Shown: positions 35,551 to 48,436 of the stretch, in pieces
Layout of the letters: every line of letters starts with the position of its first letter
Position numbering within the stretch: position 1 is the stretch's first letter
Assembly: GCA_024679065.1 (NCBI GenBank)
Contig: JAGIQG010000001.1
Location: 144,460,001 to 144,524,000, forward strand
Direction of reading: 5' to 3'
DNA from: Sphyrna mokarran
Lineage: Eukaryota
Length of the DNA: 64,000 nt
The notes under the pieces: generated by a model
What the model saw: the letters and a program-made list of their open reading frames with translations, nothing else
What the model was told of the DNA's origin: nothing
The model's database searches: none
Program-made: the position numbers and the translations under genes

Positions 35551-38500
35551 CCACTATCTGATCATGCTATAATTCTCTGAGTGTATTGCTAAGACTTCCT
35601 TAGCAATAGGTGCTGCATTTTCCCAAAACTGATGCCAGGTTAACTGTCCTGTAGTTCCCTGTTTCTTTTGCCCTTCTTTCTCAAATGGCAGTGTTACATT
35701 TGCCTACCTCCAATTTGGGAATCTGAGAAATTTGGTAAATCGTAACTAGTGCATTTCTGCACTATTTCTTTTCCAATATTGAGCCTTTAAAATCTCAAGT
35801 CCTCAGCTCTTTGGGAGATGTAGCAATTTTTTTGAAGCTATATTTGCTAATTTTCTAAATTGAAATGTACAAGTTCTGCATCAACCCTATCCTAACTCAC
35901 AATTCCACTTCTCACCTCTATCTCTAATATCGTTAGGATAAGTAGGATCAGAGAAAGCCATTCGACACTTTGAGCCTGCTTCCACCATTCACATTGATCA
36001 TGATTGATCATCCAACTGACCCTATCTCTACTCTTTGATTCCCGTTGCCCTAAGTGCTATGTCTAACTGTATACAGTATGTTCTCAAGCAATAAATAAAC
36101 AATTTCCTTCTGACAAAGGGTCATCTAGACCCCTCCTCTCCCTGCAGATGCTGTCAGACCTGCTGAGATTTTCCAGTATTTTCTGTTTCTGAAACAATTT
36201 CTTTTCACTGATTTACCCCAAGCTTATTTTTAATAAATTTGTAGCTATCAAGATTTTTTGCTCATTGTAATGGTTCAGGAAAAAACTTAGAGGATATATT
36301 AAAGACAAGTATCCAGAAAAGATTGGACTAATAAGAGGGATTTAATAAAGGAATTTAACAACTGGAAAACCTATTGAACTTATCTGGGAGATAACTGACT
36401 GAATAACCATATTGCCTGCAGGTTACTCTGGATGTTAGGGGAGTTTCATCAAGAGAAGCCTTACTCTGGTGTTTCCATCTATTTATACTAGCTCCTGCCC
36501 TCACAGTGGGCTTGTCAATGGAATGATTGCATAAGTCAAGCAACTGACAGGCAATTCAATGCAATGAGCAGTTTTTAAAACAGTGACTTTCTCACTGTTT
36601 GTGCAGCGGAACTGACTTATCCAAAGAATTATCCACATAGGAGCTGCTACATTTCCAATCAATCTGCATAACTGAAGTCCTCCTCCCTATGAATGATTTC
36701 TACCTCCTCTCTACTGTTTTCACATGCCTAAGTTAAATGTTAACAATTAACAAAAGCCACCATAAGTATTTTTTTGTAACTATCATACCTGCAGAAGGAG
36801 TTTGAGACATGGATGCAAATCAGAAGATAATGGCAGATTTGAACCAAACTGCGAAGGCACACATTCTTTCAGAACAGATCATTGTTTACACCTCCAGTGA
36901 ACTGAACAAAGAACATTACAGCACAGGAACAGGCCCTTTGGTCCTCCAAGCCTGCACTGACCATGCTGCCCAACTGAACTAAAATCCCCTACCTTTCTGG
37001 GCACCATATCCCTCTATTCCCATCCTATTCATGTACTTGTCAAGATGCCTCTTAAAAGTCACTATCATATCCACTTCCACTACCTCCCCCGGCAACGAGT
37101 TCCAGATGTAAAGGATCTGCTTCGAACATCTCTCTCTGTGTAAAGAACCTGCTTCATATATCTACTTTGATAGATGAATGCCGTGCAGACTTAGTGACAC
37201 CCAGTTCAATTGGAGGCTGGACGCATAACGTGAAAGGACTGCACTTGACAGTTGAAGGTTCAAAACCATATTCTGTAACCGCCAAAATGGAAAGTAGTCA
37301 TCTCATTGAATCTTCCTTCCCCTGCCCGAAATTAGTATTGAACAGGCCACAGAATCTTCCAGATGAGTGTGAAGAAGGGAATGAAAGAAACAACTTGGAG
37401 CTCCAGCTCTCTCTGCTTTTTGCACCTCCTTCAACAGCATCTCCAGAGAACAACTTCAACTGGGAGCCAAACACAACAGCATCTCCAGCTCCTTGTACCT
37501 CATGGCGAGCAGCATTAGACTGACCAGATCCACCCCGTGAGATGATCTGAAGTCCAGAACCAGCCCTAAATGAGAAGGAAAGCCCAAATCAATGACTGCA
37601 GATCCTGAAATATCAGCCAACGCTCAAAGACTGGGAAATGTTGCAGCATTATTAAACAGGTATTACCAGTCTTTTTGGACAAACAGTTCAAATATAGTGA
37701 TAGAGGCCTGTAAATAAAGTGTACCTAGTGTCGATTTGAGACTATTTATTTAGATATTTAAGACTGTTCACTGAAGAGTCCTGTGAAAAAAATGATAGAG
37801 TTTAATTAAAGTACAATAGTTGATTCTGATAACTATTGTTTTTCTTTGATAAAGTGTCCAATAAAGTTGTGTTGGACTTTCACTTATCTCACCATGTAAT
37901 GCGCCCAAATTAAAAAGGATTACTGCGTACAGGTCAAGTTTAGTTAGTGTACATCTACCCACCTTTCAGTTTACAGCACTAGCCAGTGTCATCTGCATCA
38001 GGTAAAAGAATTAATAAAACACTGATCTGGCCTTTCTTAGACCTCAATATTGAACTCCTTTTGCCATATTTTTATGCACTTAATTTATCAATATCTGTTT
38101 GCAATTTTCTGCTTTTATATGAACTATTAACTATGCTGCATAATTTAGTGATCTTGGCAAACTTTGAGATACAAGTCTCTATTCTTTCAACTAAGTCTAT
38201 TACAAATGAATTAAAACTAAGATCCTGGGACAGATCTTTGGGGATAGCACTAGCCACATTCTGAAGAAAGCAAGAAAGACTTCTATTTATTTAGCATCTT
38301 TAATGAACTTTGAATAGTCCAAAGTACAATGCAGCCAATTAAGTACTTTTTGAAGTGTAGTCACTGTTATAAAGTAGGAAACACAATAGTCATTATGCAC
38401 ACAGTAAGGTCCCACAAATAGCATTGCGATAACGACCATATAATTGGTCTCTCGGTTGAGCAATAAATATTGGCCGGTGCAGAGGGAAACCCTACAGCTT

Positions 38501-39146
38501 TTCTTTAACGTAATGATGGATATTTTACACGTACATGGAAGTGCTGACAAGGCCTCAGTTTAACATCTTTCTGAAGGATGGCACCTCCCACAATGCAGCA
38601 CACTTTTAGTACTGCATTCAAACCACAGTTGGATTATTTGCTCAAGTCTCTCAATTGAATTTTAAACCCAGGATCTTCAGACACAGAGATAGGAGTACTA
38701 CCCGTCTCTAGGCTAACAAAGGGTCAACTAGAGTCAAAACATTGGCACTATTCTCTCTCCACAGATGCTGTCAAACCTGCTGAGATTTTCCAACATTCTT
38801 CTGTTTTTGTAACCATTATCTAATGTCTCTGACCCCTAACCTCTAGTTCCTTACCTATATCAATGGGTTGCCTCCTCTTCCATGCATTCTCATTTTTGTT
38901 AGCAATCCTTTACGCACAGCTTTAATGAATACCTCCTCTAAATCCATGGATTTTCTCTTATCTACCACATTAGTTATCTCCTCAAAAAGTTCAACAAGAA
39001 GTTCAACAAATTTCGTTAGGCAAGCTTACCCTTTACAAATCATCCTGATTATTCAACTTTCATGGAACCTTGTTTAATTCTCACTCAAATGAATACTCTG
39101 CACAGTCCTGTTCTCCATATCATGTAATAGACATGGAGAGTGAAGG

Positions 39147-39391
39147 TATAAAATAGACTTCTAAGGACGATTTCTGTTTTTCTTTAAAATGCCCAGAATC
39201 AAAGACAGGGTTACTAGCATCTTCTTTCTAAACTGCAGCAACTTCTTAAAATGGAACAGAAACTAACCTGGAGTTATTAAAAGAAACAAACCCATAAGAC
39301 AAGCAAAACAGTTTGCTGTTTCATTTTCTTTAGGCTACAGTTGTGGCCAAGTGAACAGCTGCCGCACGAAAGGAAGATCACTGAAGTAGAC
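39147..39391 (+). promoter_or_regulatory. Candidate J chain-like promoter/5' region
   Basis: TATAAAA at 39147-39153; E-box CAGCTG at 39356-39361; ETS-like AAAGGAAG at ~39369-39376. A good acceptor (ttttctttag| at 39333) would instead imply an upstream non-coding exon. Confidence 0.3.
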
Positions 39392-39458
39392 ATGGTGAAG
39401 ATTAAACATATGCTAGGGCCACTAGCAATAATTCTACTTTTTACAGCTCTTGCAGCAG
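39392..39458 (+). CDS. JCHAIN: J chain-like coding exon 1 (signal peptide)
   Basis: gacATGG Kozak context; MVKIKHMLGPLAIILLFTALAA; donor GCAG|gtaatg, phase 1. Confidence 0.85.
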
Positions 39459-42400
39459 GTAATGTTTTAATTATTATGTTTTGCATTTTGGCACATGATG
39501 AGTAAATATTTCCTATTTTGTTAGTCCAGAGATATAGGAAGACTAGTGTCTTCTCCATGATAACTAGATACGGTATTGGTGAACTGAAGTTAAGTGAGGA
39601 TAGTGGTACAGGCACTGAAAATCATTGCCATAGATTGAAATTTCAATGTTCATTTCTGATAGTTGTTAACTTATCCCTCAGTCCATCCTGCTCCAGGTCA
39701 AAACATTTTTAGTTTCTTGCAACGAGTTTTCTATAGGTTAAGCAGTGACCCATTGCAAAAAGGATCACTTGTTCAAGGACTGTTCTTTTAATGAGCTGAG
39801 CTGTTTTAATGATGTTGGTTGAGAGAGAAAAATGGTAATTTGGAACACTGAAAGAACTTCCGTGCACGCGTTTGATAATTTCATAAGAATCTTGATGTCT
39901 GTTCATGAGGGCAGATAATTCTTTGGCTCAATGTCATATTCTGCAGAAAGTGACAGTACCAGTCCCTTTCGACAATCTTATAAGTCACACCAAAAGGCAT
40001 ATTTTAAAAAATGATACTTGTACATGAGAAACAAAAGTTAGCATGTGGGTACAACAAGCAATTAGGAAAACAAATGGCATATTGGCCTTTATTGAAAGGT
40101 GATTGAAGTACAAGAATAATGAACTCTTGCTACAATTGTATAGGACTTTGAGGAGATCACCTGGGGTACTGTGCACATTTTTTGGCCTCCTTATCTCATG
40201 AAGGATATAATTGGAAGAAATATAATGAAGTTTCACTGGATTGACTCCTGGGATGACAGGTTTTCTAATGTTGAGAGACTGAGTAAATTGTGACTATTTT
40301 CTCTTGGGTTTAGAAGAATGAGAGGGGATCGTGTTGAAGTGTACAAGTTTCTGAGGAAGCTTGATTGAGAGGTTGTTTCCCTTGGCTGGGTAATATAGAA
40401 CAGGGCCATTATCTCAGGAAAATCATTGAGATTAAGATGAGGAGAAATGTTTTCACACAAATGTTTGTGAATCTTAGGAATTCTCTACTCCAAACGGCTC
40501 TAAATGCTTTATTATGCTTATATTCAAGGCTGGGATGAATAGATTTTTGAACTCTCGGGAATTCAACTGATACTGTGCTGAGTAAGGCAAAAGCTCAGTT
40601 TTATTATGTTAAGCAGCAGAGCAGTCTGAAGGGACCATATGGACTACTCAGCTCTTATTTTTATGGTTATATATTTTTATTAATGTACAGCATGATTGAA
40701 ATATATATTCTTTTAAAACAATCTGGACAAGTCCTAATATTAAGTAAACAGTGTCAGTTGGGAGCCAAGTGCTCATTCTGGACACAAATGCTCAATGAAA
40801 CAGTTTAGTCATAAAATGGAAAACTATTTACATGCCTACGCTATTCAAATTCAAGATCTATAACTTGGCACAATTAAAATTATTACAATAAAATGAAAGA
40901 TTAATACAAACATGGCTAACACAAGACAATTTTTAAAGAAATAAAGACTTTAAAAAAAATCAAACTTATCAAAAGTTAAGAAATTATAGCAAAATAATGA
41001 AAAAAGAGTTTCAAAAACAAAGGAATTGGAAAAACAAACCTTTTAGCAAAATGTATAAAACTAAAATATAAAATTGTCAAACCACGTACAAAACTATTTA
41101 AAAGAAAGCTAAATTCTGCTTCTCAACTTGAAAAACATGCAGTTCAATAAGTCCAAAAGCTAAGAAAGTAAGAAAGAGTAATGCTCTCGAAACATTAACA
41201 CTCTTTCTCTCTCCACAGATGTTGTCAGATCGGCTGAGTATTTCCAGCACTTTCAGTTTTTATTTCAGATTCCCAGCATCTGCTCAGTATTTTGCTTTAA
41301 TAAGAAAGTATGTGTTGTTTTATGAAAATAGATGCAAGTCATGTTGTTCTTTTTTGTTAAGGAAAGTTTTACGTTGTTTTTTAATTGCTGTGCTTGCCAG
41401 GGAATGGCTTCCCATTACCAAGTCCCTCGACCAGGCACTGAGCGCCTTTGAATAAGGGAACTCTCTTGGAGTTTGTAAGAAACTCAGTGCAGGATGGTTT
41501 TTCATGCTCTCCATATGGTAAACCGCCTCCCCATCCACCACAGTATTAATACCAGTGGTGGTGGGATGCAGCCTGTAAGCTGGCATGAATAGACTTAAAA
41601 CCTCTATTGACAACTAGCTCATCCATGGGACTTGCCATCATGGATTTAATCAGGATGGAAGTAGGAATGTACTGCAATCCCCATCTACTATCCCTCTGCC
41701 TGATTACACAACCCACTCATCACCAAACCCAACACTGGGGCAGGCATTAAATGGTATCCTGTATCAAAGGTAAATTCTTGTATGGGAGGTTGCGCCATAT
41801 AATAGTGATAAAATAATTGACTGGCAGGATGTAAGAAATGGTGTTGCCCAGGGATCTGAGCTTTTTTCCATAGATAATCAATGACTTAGATGAAGAAATA
41901 GAAGTTATGAAACAGGTTTACAGATGACGCAAGGTTAGAAGACACCGTAAGTTAAGGAGATGGAAGCGGGAAGTCAGAATGAGACTTTGACAGAGTAATA
42001 CTGATGGGGCTCAATTTGGGGAAGTGTGGTAACACCAACTTTAGATCCAAGGAAAACAAATTACAGCATTTTCTGGATGACATTTGTATTTCTTCATTCC
42101 AGACAATAAATTTATTCTTTCTTCATTCTAAAGCCTCAGAATGCTTCCTATAATGTAGAGCCCGATAGCGCACAATAATCTGACTGAATTCTTATTCAGC
42201 TGTTCTGATTAATATCACTGCAGTTTCCACTGTTGTAAAGTATACAATAAATTGAATAATTAATCCATTAATTACAAGTTTATAATTTCACACTACAATC
42301 TAGAATCTCCCTTGGTATGTTACTTCTTTCCCAGGCATACAATAATGATGCTCTAGAACCACAGCAATGTCTATGAAGGCAAAGTTCCTGTTGGCAGATG

Positions 42401-45400
42401 TAGTCAAACCCTTGACATTCAGAAGTGGCTCTTACAGCCACTTAGAATATTGGTCAGCAGCTTTTTTTTAGTCTGTGACCTGTTGGTGTGACTCCCAGTC
42501 CATCAATGTACTCCTGTTAAATAGCACTGGTCCTTTGCCATTCACTTTGACAATAAGAGATTCATTGTGTGCATTTGATAAGCAAGATCTCAACATTCAT
42601 ATCAGACCATTACTCATTCCACTGACTGAAATTTCATCAGGGCTTCAATACAGGAAGTATTAGTTCCTCTTTTTAATGATACTGCATCAGATTTAGAGAG
42701 CTGGTAACTATGTCTATCTTTACAGTTGACACCAACAGCCACCTTCTAGTTTCGTCACAATGTAAGCTGTTAGAAGTGAAATCCAGAATGGTTGTAACTG
42801 AAAACCCGAACGGTGCAAAAGTGGAACATGTTGCAAGAGATATAAAAATTATGTAAGTTGATTTCTGATCGTATTCACTGTATAGTAAAATTAAATGGAG
42901 AGGCAGATTACTAGAAGCTGATTAGAGACAGTTTTGCACCATGAACACAAGAAAATATGTGGAAAAGGCATATAATAGAGTGGAGACCATCATTTCATCA
43001 TTCAGACTGAAAGCAAGGTATAACATAGTTCTCCCGTCAGAAACATAGGGATTTGGACACAACCATCCCACTACCACTGTCCAACACAACAATTTCATTC
43101 CCATGATGAGTGTGGAGACTGGAGAATCTGTCAAATACACTCCTCCATTTCTACACATAAAACTATCAGAATTCTGAGGAATTCTATTAACAGTTTAAAA
43201 GGTTTCAGTGGCAGGCAAAGTAATGCGCACAATTTCGATGCTAATTATTCTTGTAGAATTTCTCCTAAAGAAATGACAAACTGTTGCTGCAATGAACCAA
43301 AAAGCCAGCGACACGGATTCGATTCCAGCCTTGGGTGACTGACTTGTCTGTGTGGGGTTTGTCTGCATGGGTTTCCTTGGGGTGCTCTGGTTCCTTCCCA
43401 CAATCCAAAAATGTGAAGTTTAGGTGGATTGGTCATGCTACATCTCCTCTGAGTGTCCAAAGATGTGTAGGTTAGTTGGATTAGCCATGGTAAATGGGCA
43501 GGATTATGGGATAGGGCAAGGATAGGCCTGGGTAAGATGCTTTTTTGGAGCGTTCATGCAGATTCGATGGGCTGAATGGCCTGTTTCTGCACTGTAGGAG
43601 GTTATATGATCCTCTGAAGAAAACTGGAAAATAGTAGCACCACCAACTAGATTATGCAGTTGATTGAACAATGGGTGAACCTGTCCAGGTCGTTGGGCAT
43701 GGAGCTACATGAGCCATTAATGGGAAATGTAGAGACTGAAAGGAAAATCAGATCATGGAAAACAAGCTCATACCAACTGATCACAAGATAAGGAAGATCT
43801 TTTATCACATCTCAGTTTTATCCATTTCAAAAAGGCATTGGAGAAGATACAGAGGAGGTTTACCAGGATGTTGCCTGGTATGGAGGGCAGGTCTTATGAA
43901 GAGAGGCTGAGGGATTTGAGGTTGTTTTCGTTAGAAAGAAGGAGGCTAAGAGGAGACCTTATTGAAACATATAAGATGATTAGAGGTTTAGATAGGGTGG
44001 ACAGTGATAGCCTTTTTCTAGGATGGAGAAAGCTAGCACGAGGGGACATAGCTTTAAATTAAGGGGTGGTGGTTTTAGGACAGATGTCAGAGGTAGGTTC
44101 TTTACCCAGAGGGTGGTAAGGGTATGGAATGCCTTGCCTGCGTCAGTTGTAGATGCGCCAAGTTTGGTGGCGTTTAAGAGGTTAGTAGATAAGTTTATGG
44201 ATGAAAGGGGAATGGTTTAGGTTAGAGGGTCACTGCTTGTTCCTAATTGGTCGGCGCAACATCGAAGGCCGAAGGGCCTATTCTGCGCTGTAATGTTCTA
44301 TGTTCTATGTTCTACCCCACTGTGGCACAGAATCATTTCTTAATTGATTCACGAGTTCTTTCCCCCAAGTATTCTATTCATAGCACAGCTTTACAATATT
44401 TCGTCCAATAAGGCACTGAATTACTCAATCAGTTTCAATTTCACAATGAGTTCTTCAGTTGATGTGGAACTACCTTTTTCGATCACGTCAGCAAGAAACA
44501 CTCTAGTGGTTGTAGGTTCAGTTTGAGTCAGGATACACACATTGCTTTAGATGTGAAGTTTAAAGTTACTTAAAAGGAGCAATATAACCTACCTTTTATT
44601 CTATGGATTACCCAGCTTGCCCTTAGCTTTGGCATTGCTACTCAGCTTTATCATAAAGAACTTTAAATGCTTGATTTTATTTAACAGCATCATAAAATTC
44701 CATCCACAATGATCTAGAAGCATATATTGAGGGTCTCTAATAATCTCGGGATGACTATTAATTGCTCTTTCATTGCAGAGTTCCCCTGAGAACCAGAGAG
44801 AACATTTTAGATCCAACCTCCCCAATTCGGACCCACTTTGTCTACAAGATTTCAGATTTGTATGATCATTATTATTTTTATGAATTTTATAATGTATAGT
44901 TGTAAAATCTGAATTGGAATGATGATTGCAATGTATTATGTGTGTGGTGTATAAACGAGTCACATCTTTGATGTGGCATTTTATCCTCTGGAAACATAAT
45001 CACAATGCACCCAGTGGTTCCCCTTTATCCACAGCACCGGAAAGATTCACCGGTGGGAGGTGGCACTTTGTTTGCTAGCAATGGGATTCTCTGGTCCCAC
45101 CACTGTCAATGGGAATTCCCATTTACATCACCCCATGCTGACGGGAAACCCACAGGTGGAAATGCGCTATTGGTGGAACAGGAGAATCCCACCGACATGA
45201 ATGACCAGAGAATTCAGCCCACATATTACTTCGTCAAAGAGTTCCAATAAGTTGGTTAAGAATGATTTTCCTTTCACAAAACCATGTTGGCTCCACCTGA
45301 GTGGCTTGAATTTTTCCAAGTGTCCTGCTATAACATCTTTAATAACGGCATCTAATGTTTTCCCTATGACAGATATTAGATTGTAATTTCCTGTTTTCTG

Positions 45401-47967
45401 TCTCTGAATAATGGAATTACATTGCCATCTTCCAATCTAATGGCACCTTCCCAATCTAATGGGATCTTCCCAAATCTCCAACAATTTACTCAGTACCACT
45501 TCTCTGCCAACTGTAATTTTCTTAAGTTCCTCCCTCACTTTCATTTCCTTGTTTATAGCTGCTTTTGAGGTGTTACATGTAGCATACATTTGAGGACAAT
45601 GAATGTGGGCTCAAGATTCTGCCCATAGGCCATCAGAACTGTGTCACAGTTGAGTCCAAAAGTATGGAACTGACCTCCAGCTGCTGTACAAAGCTCTGGT
45701 GTCTCATCTACCTCTATCTATGCTGTTCTTGAATCCTTTCCCTGCCCATCGGACAGATGAAATGCCTGTTTATGTTTGGTTCTGCTGTTAATTACTGCTG
45801 GAACAGATTTCTAACCTGTCATCAGAAGCTACAGCTTGCACGTCTGTGGTAAGCAATGCTGACCAGGAGACACTCCCCCTCTTATTGTCTGCTTTAGTAA
45901 CTTGGAAAGTTTGCAGGTTGGTAATCAATCTGATTGCCTCAACATGAATGTACCCTCTATGGCTATCGAGACGCAGGGGAGGATTTGAACCCAGAGCTTC
46001 TGTCTTAGATGCTGGGATACTATCCACTGCACTACATGACATTCTTCTGCCTCTGTAGCATGCTTTAACTTATGCACATAGTAGAATGTGAGCTGGTAGC
46101 TGCAAGTATGCAGTTGAGTGACATTTATATTGTTGATAAGTATCTCTTTGCTTTTCGTATCAGCTACTCTCCCTTTCTCTTTTTCCCTCTTTCTATTTAT
46201 TCTGTCCGATAGCTCATAGTCCTTTCTCTGTTATTCCATTTGTCATTTTCAGCTGTGTCACATTTCCCTCTGTAATCTCTTCCAATGCAGTAACAATCCC
46301 AATCCCATTACAATTCCTTTTATCCCTGGCTATCTCAGCTAATCATTGATCAACTGAAGGGTAGCAATGAAAGTCCTGCTGCAGTAAACAGAGATTTGGC
46401 TGAGCGCCAAATTCTCTGTCATTGCTTGTAGTGGTCTTGCGGTATGAATGGCTGGAGAATTCTGGTTACTAGGCGGAATTTTCCAACAAATTGTCGGAGC
46501 ATCAAGCTTTTTCTGAAACCAGGCATGCTTCTCTCCAGAAACGCAGCTGAGTATTCATGCTAGACATCCCAGCACTCTGTGCACAGAAAATCTGGGGGAG
46601 TGTTTACACTGTCGCTCTGGTGGGATAGAGGGGCTGATAGATCCAAGGATTTGGAGCGTCAACTATAAAGGACATTTAAAATAATCCCACCTCCCACCCC
46701 ACCCACCCTCCATCTCCATCCCTGACCTGGACAAAGAGCACCAACCCACAAGCTTTGGGGCGACTTCCTTCCAACTAAAGTATCTGGGGGCACTCTTCTC
46801 ATCCCCCCTCCCCTGCACCGTCATTGGGGATCTCCTCTCCCCCCACTACATATAAAAAGTAACCCCTCCTCTAAAAGAGGAAAGTTAGCACCCCCCAACA
46901 TTGCCCATATGGCACTGCCAGGTGCTAGGGGGCAATGCCCTGACTTGACACTCAACTCTTGGGATTTCCAGGCACGTATGAACCCCTGGCATGATCATCA
47001 CAACTCATTTACACTTTTGAAAATCAGTAGTAATTTGCACTGGCGTGTCGTCATACTGCTGGGAAAGGAAAGAGGTTCCAGTATGGGCAGAAGCTACAAC
47101 ATAAAGCTGTTTAAGTTTATTTAAATTTATTCAAACTAATGAAAATGAGATTCATGCCAATGGGGAGGGAGTGGGGGGAGGGCTGGAGAGAGAAAAGGTG
47201 GGGGAAGATCACAAATTGAGACATCACTGGCACAAATCCTGTTTCGACCCTCTCACAAGATTATAATGTACCCATGGTGAGCAGAGCCACTAGACCTCAC
47301 CCAGTAACTTCATCATTCAGAATTTGACAGGGTCAAATGTAGAATTTTCAGCCAGGCTTTACCCAGCAATGACCCTATATTGGTTTTTAGTTGAAGAACT
47401 GCACTTCTTGAGAAAATATTGGTAGATTCTCTGGAACCACTTTCCTACCAGCAATGTGATTGACTATCATTAGAACATTAATATTAATCCCCCACTTCCT
47501 TGTATAACTAGTTTGACTGTGTTGTATATTGCCCTATTGAATTCACTACAAATGGGAATTGGTCACACGTAAAAGGGTTTCTAGTCATTGTGAACATGCT
47601 AACTGAATTAGAAAATTAATTCTAAACAGATTTAACTGCATGTGATGTAAACTTGTTTTCTGAATATCTAATGACTGTAAGGAATCAGGGCTATGTACTT
47701 AATGACAATTATATCTTTTATAATGTATCTTTTTGCAGCTGTAAGGATTGCTCTCCAAAGACATCTCCACAAATACCTCAGTGCAACCCCAAACCTCCAC
47801 CTGTGAGTGAATGTTACGCCCACGACAACAAAACGTGCCTAGACTATCAAAACCATTCACGATCGCTTGTTCTTAAACATCTATACGATGGTCAAGGGGA
47901 TCTAAAACCTACACTGGCACCTATTAAAACAACAAGAGATTTGTCATCAATATCAGATGCTCCATAG
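39392..47967 (+). CDS. JCHAIN: Immunoglobulin J chain-like; join(39392..39458,42726..42852,44779..44859,47739..47967), 167 aa
   Basis: Spliced translation: MVKIKHMLGPLAIILLFTALAAVDTNSHLLVSSQCKLLEVKSRMVVTENPNGAKVEHVARDIKIIVPLRTRENILDPTSPIRTHFVYKISDFCKDCSPKTSPQIPQCNPKPPPVSECYAHDNKTCLDYQNHSRSLVLKHLYDGQGDLKPTLAPIKTTRDLSSISDAP*. IIVPLxxRENIxDPTSPxRTxFVYxxSDxCKxC matches human J chain (IIVPLNNRENISDPTSPLRTRFVYHLSDLCKKC), and ECYAHDNKTC matches ETCYTYDRNKC. All introns are GT-AG, phases 1,2,2, and exon 3 is 81 nt. Confidence 0.93.
39990..40660 (+). mobile_element. Old CR1 3' fragment in J chain intron 1
   Basis: Decayed KANGILAFI..GLKYK..LLQLYRTL and RRMRGD..EVYK motifs. Confidence 0.65.
42726..42852 (+). 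CDS. JCHAIN: J chain-like coding exon 2
   Basis: Acceptor tctatctttacag|; (V)DTNSHLLVSSQCKLLEVKSRMVVTENPNGAKVEHVARDIKI; donor AT|gtaagt. Confidence 0.92.
43290..43612 (+). mobile_element. HE1/V-SINE-like SINE in J chain intron 2
   Basis: ggattcgattccagccttggg, conserved core, CR1-like tail gatgggctgaatggcctgtttctgcactgtag. Confidence 0.75.
43833..44314 (+). mobile_element. Young CR1 3' fragment in J chain intron 2
   Basis: ORFs 43838..44062 and 44023..44220 are nearly identical in protein to the 19800-20300 copy; (ttctatg)n tail. Confidence 0.9.
44779..44859 (+). CDS. JCHAIN: J chain-like coding exon 3
   Basis: Acceptor ctctttcattgcag|; (I)VPLRTRENILDPTSPIRTHFVYKISD; donor TT|gtatga. Confidence 0.95.
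47739..47967 (+). CDS. JCHAIN: J chain-like coding exon 4
   Basis: Acceptor tatctttttgcag|; (F)CKDC...QC...ECYAHDNKTC...DAP*; corresponds to ORF-track entry 47653..47967. Confidence 0.92.
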
Positions 47968-48063
47968 ATTATTCTAAAGATCATATAAATAATTGCCCTG
48001 TTTCTTTAAGACTTTTAAGCTTCACTGTTAGCCATGCTGGTCTTCTACTTTCTTCGATCAGAG

Positions 48064-48096
48064 AATAAAATGCTTCAAATCTTGTTTCATAATAAA
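48064..48096 (+). promoter_or_regulatory. J chain-like polyadenylation signals
   Basis: AATAAA at 48064-48069 and 48091-48096, about 100-130 nt after the stop codon. Confidence 0.6.
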
Positions 48097-48169
48097 CTCT
48101 GATCTCCATATTATGCATCACTTATAAACGTGTCATGTTTCATGAGAATCAAAATTGAGACAATTAAGG

Positions 48170-48436
48170 TTTTATTTATTAGCATCACATGTAGGTTTAC
48201 ATTAACACTGCAATGAAGTTACTGTGAAAATCCCCTAGTCACCACACTCTGGTACTGTTCGGGTACGCTGAGGGAGAATTTAGTATGGCCTTTTGTGGGA
48301 GGAAACTGGAGCATCCGGAGGAATCCAATGCAGACACGGAGAGACCGTGCAGTCTCCACACAGACAGTGACCCAAGCTGGGAATTGAACCTGGTTCGCTG
48401 GTGCTGTGAAGCAGCGGTGCTAACCATTGTGCCACT
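48170..48436 (-). mobile_element. HE1/V-SINE-like SINE just 3' of the J chain gene
   Basis: Minus-strand head gtggcacaatggttagcaccgctgcttcacagc; tail as in 32677-33012. Confidence 0.8.
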
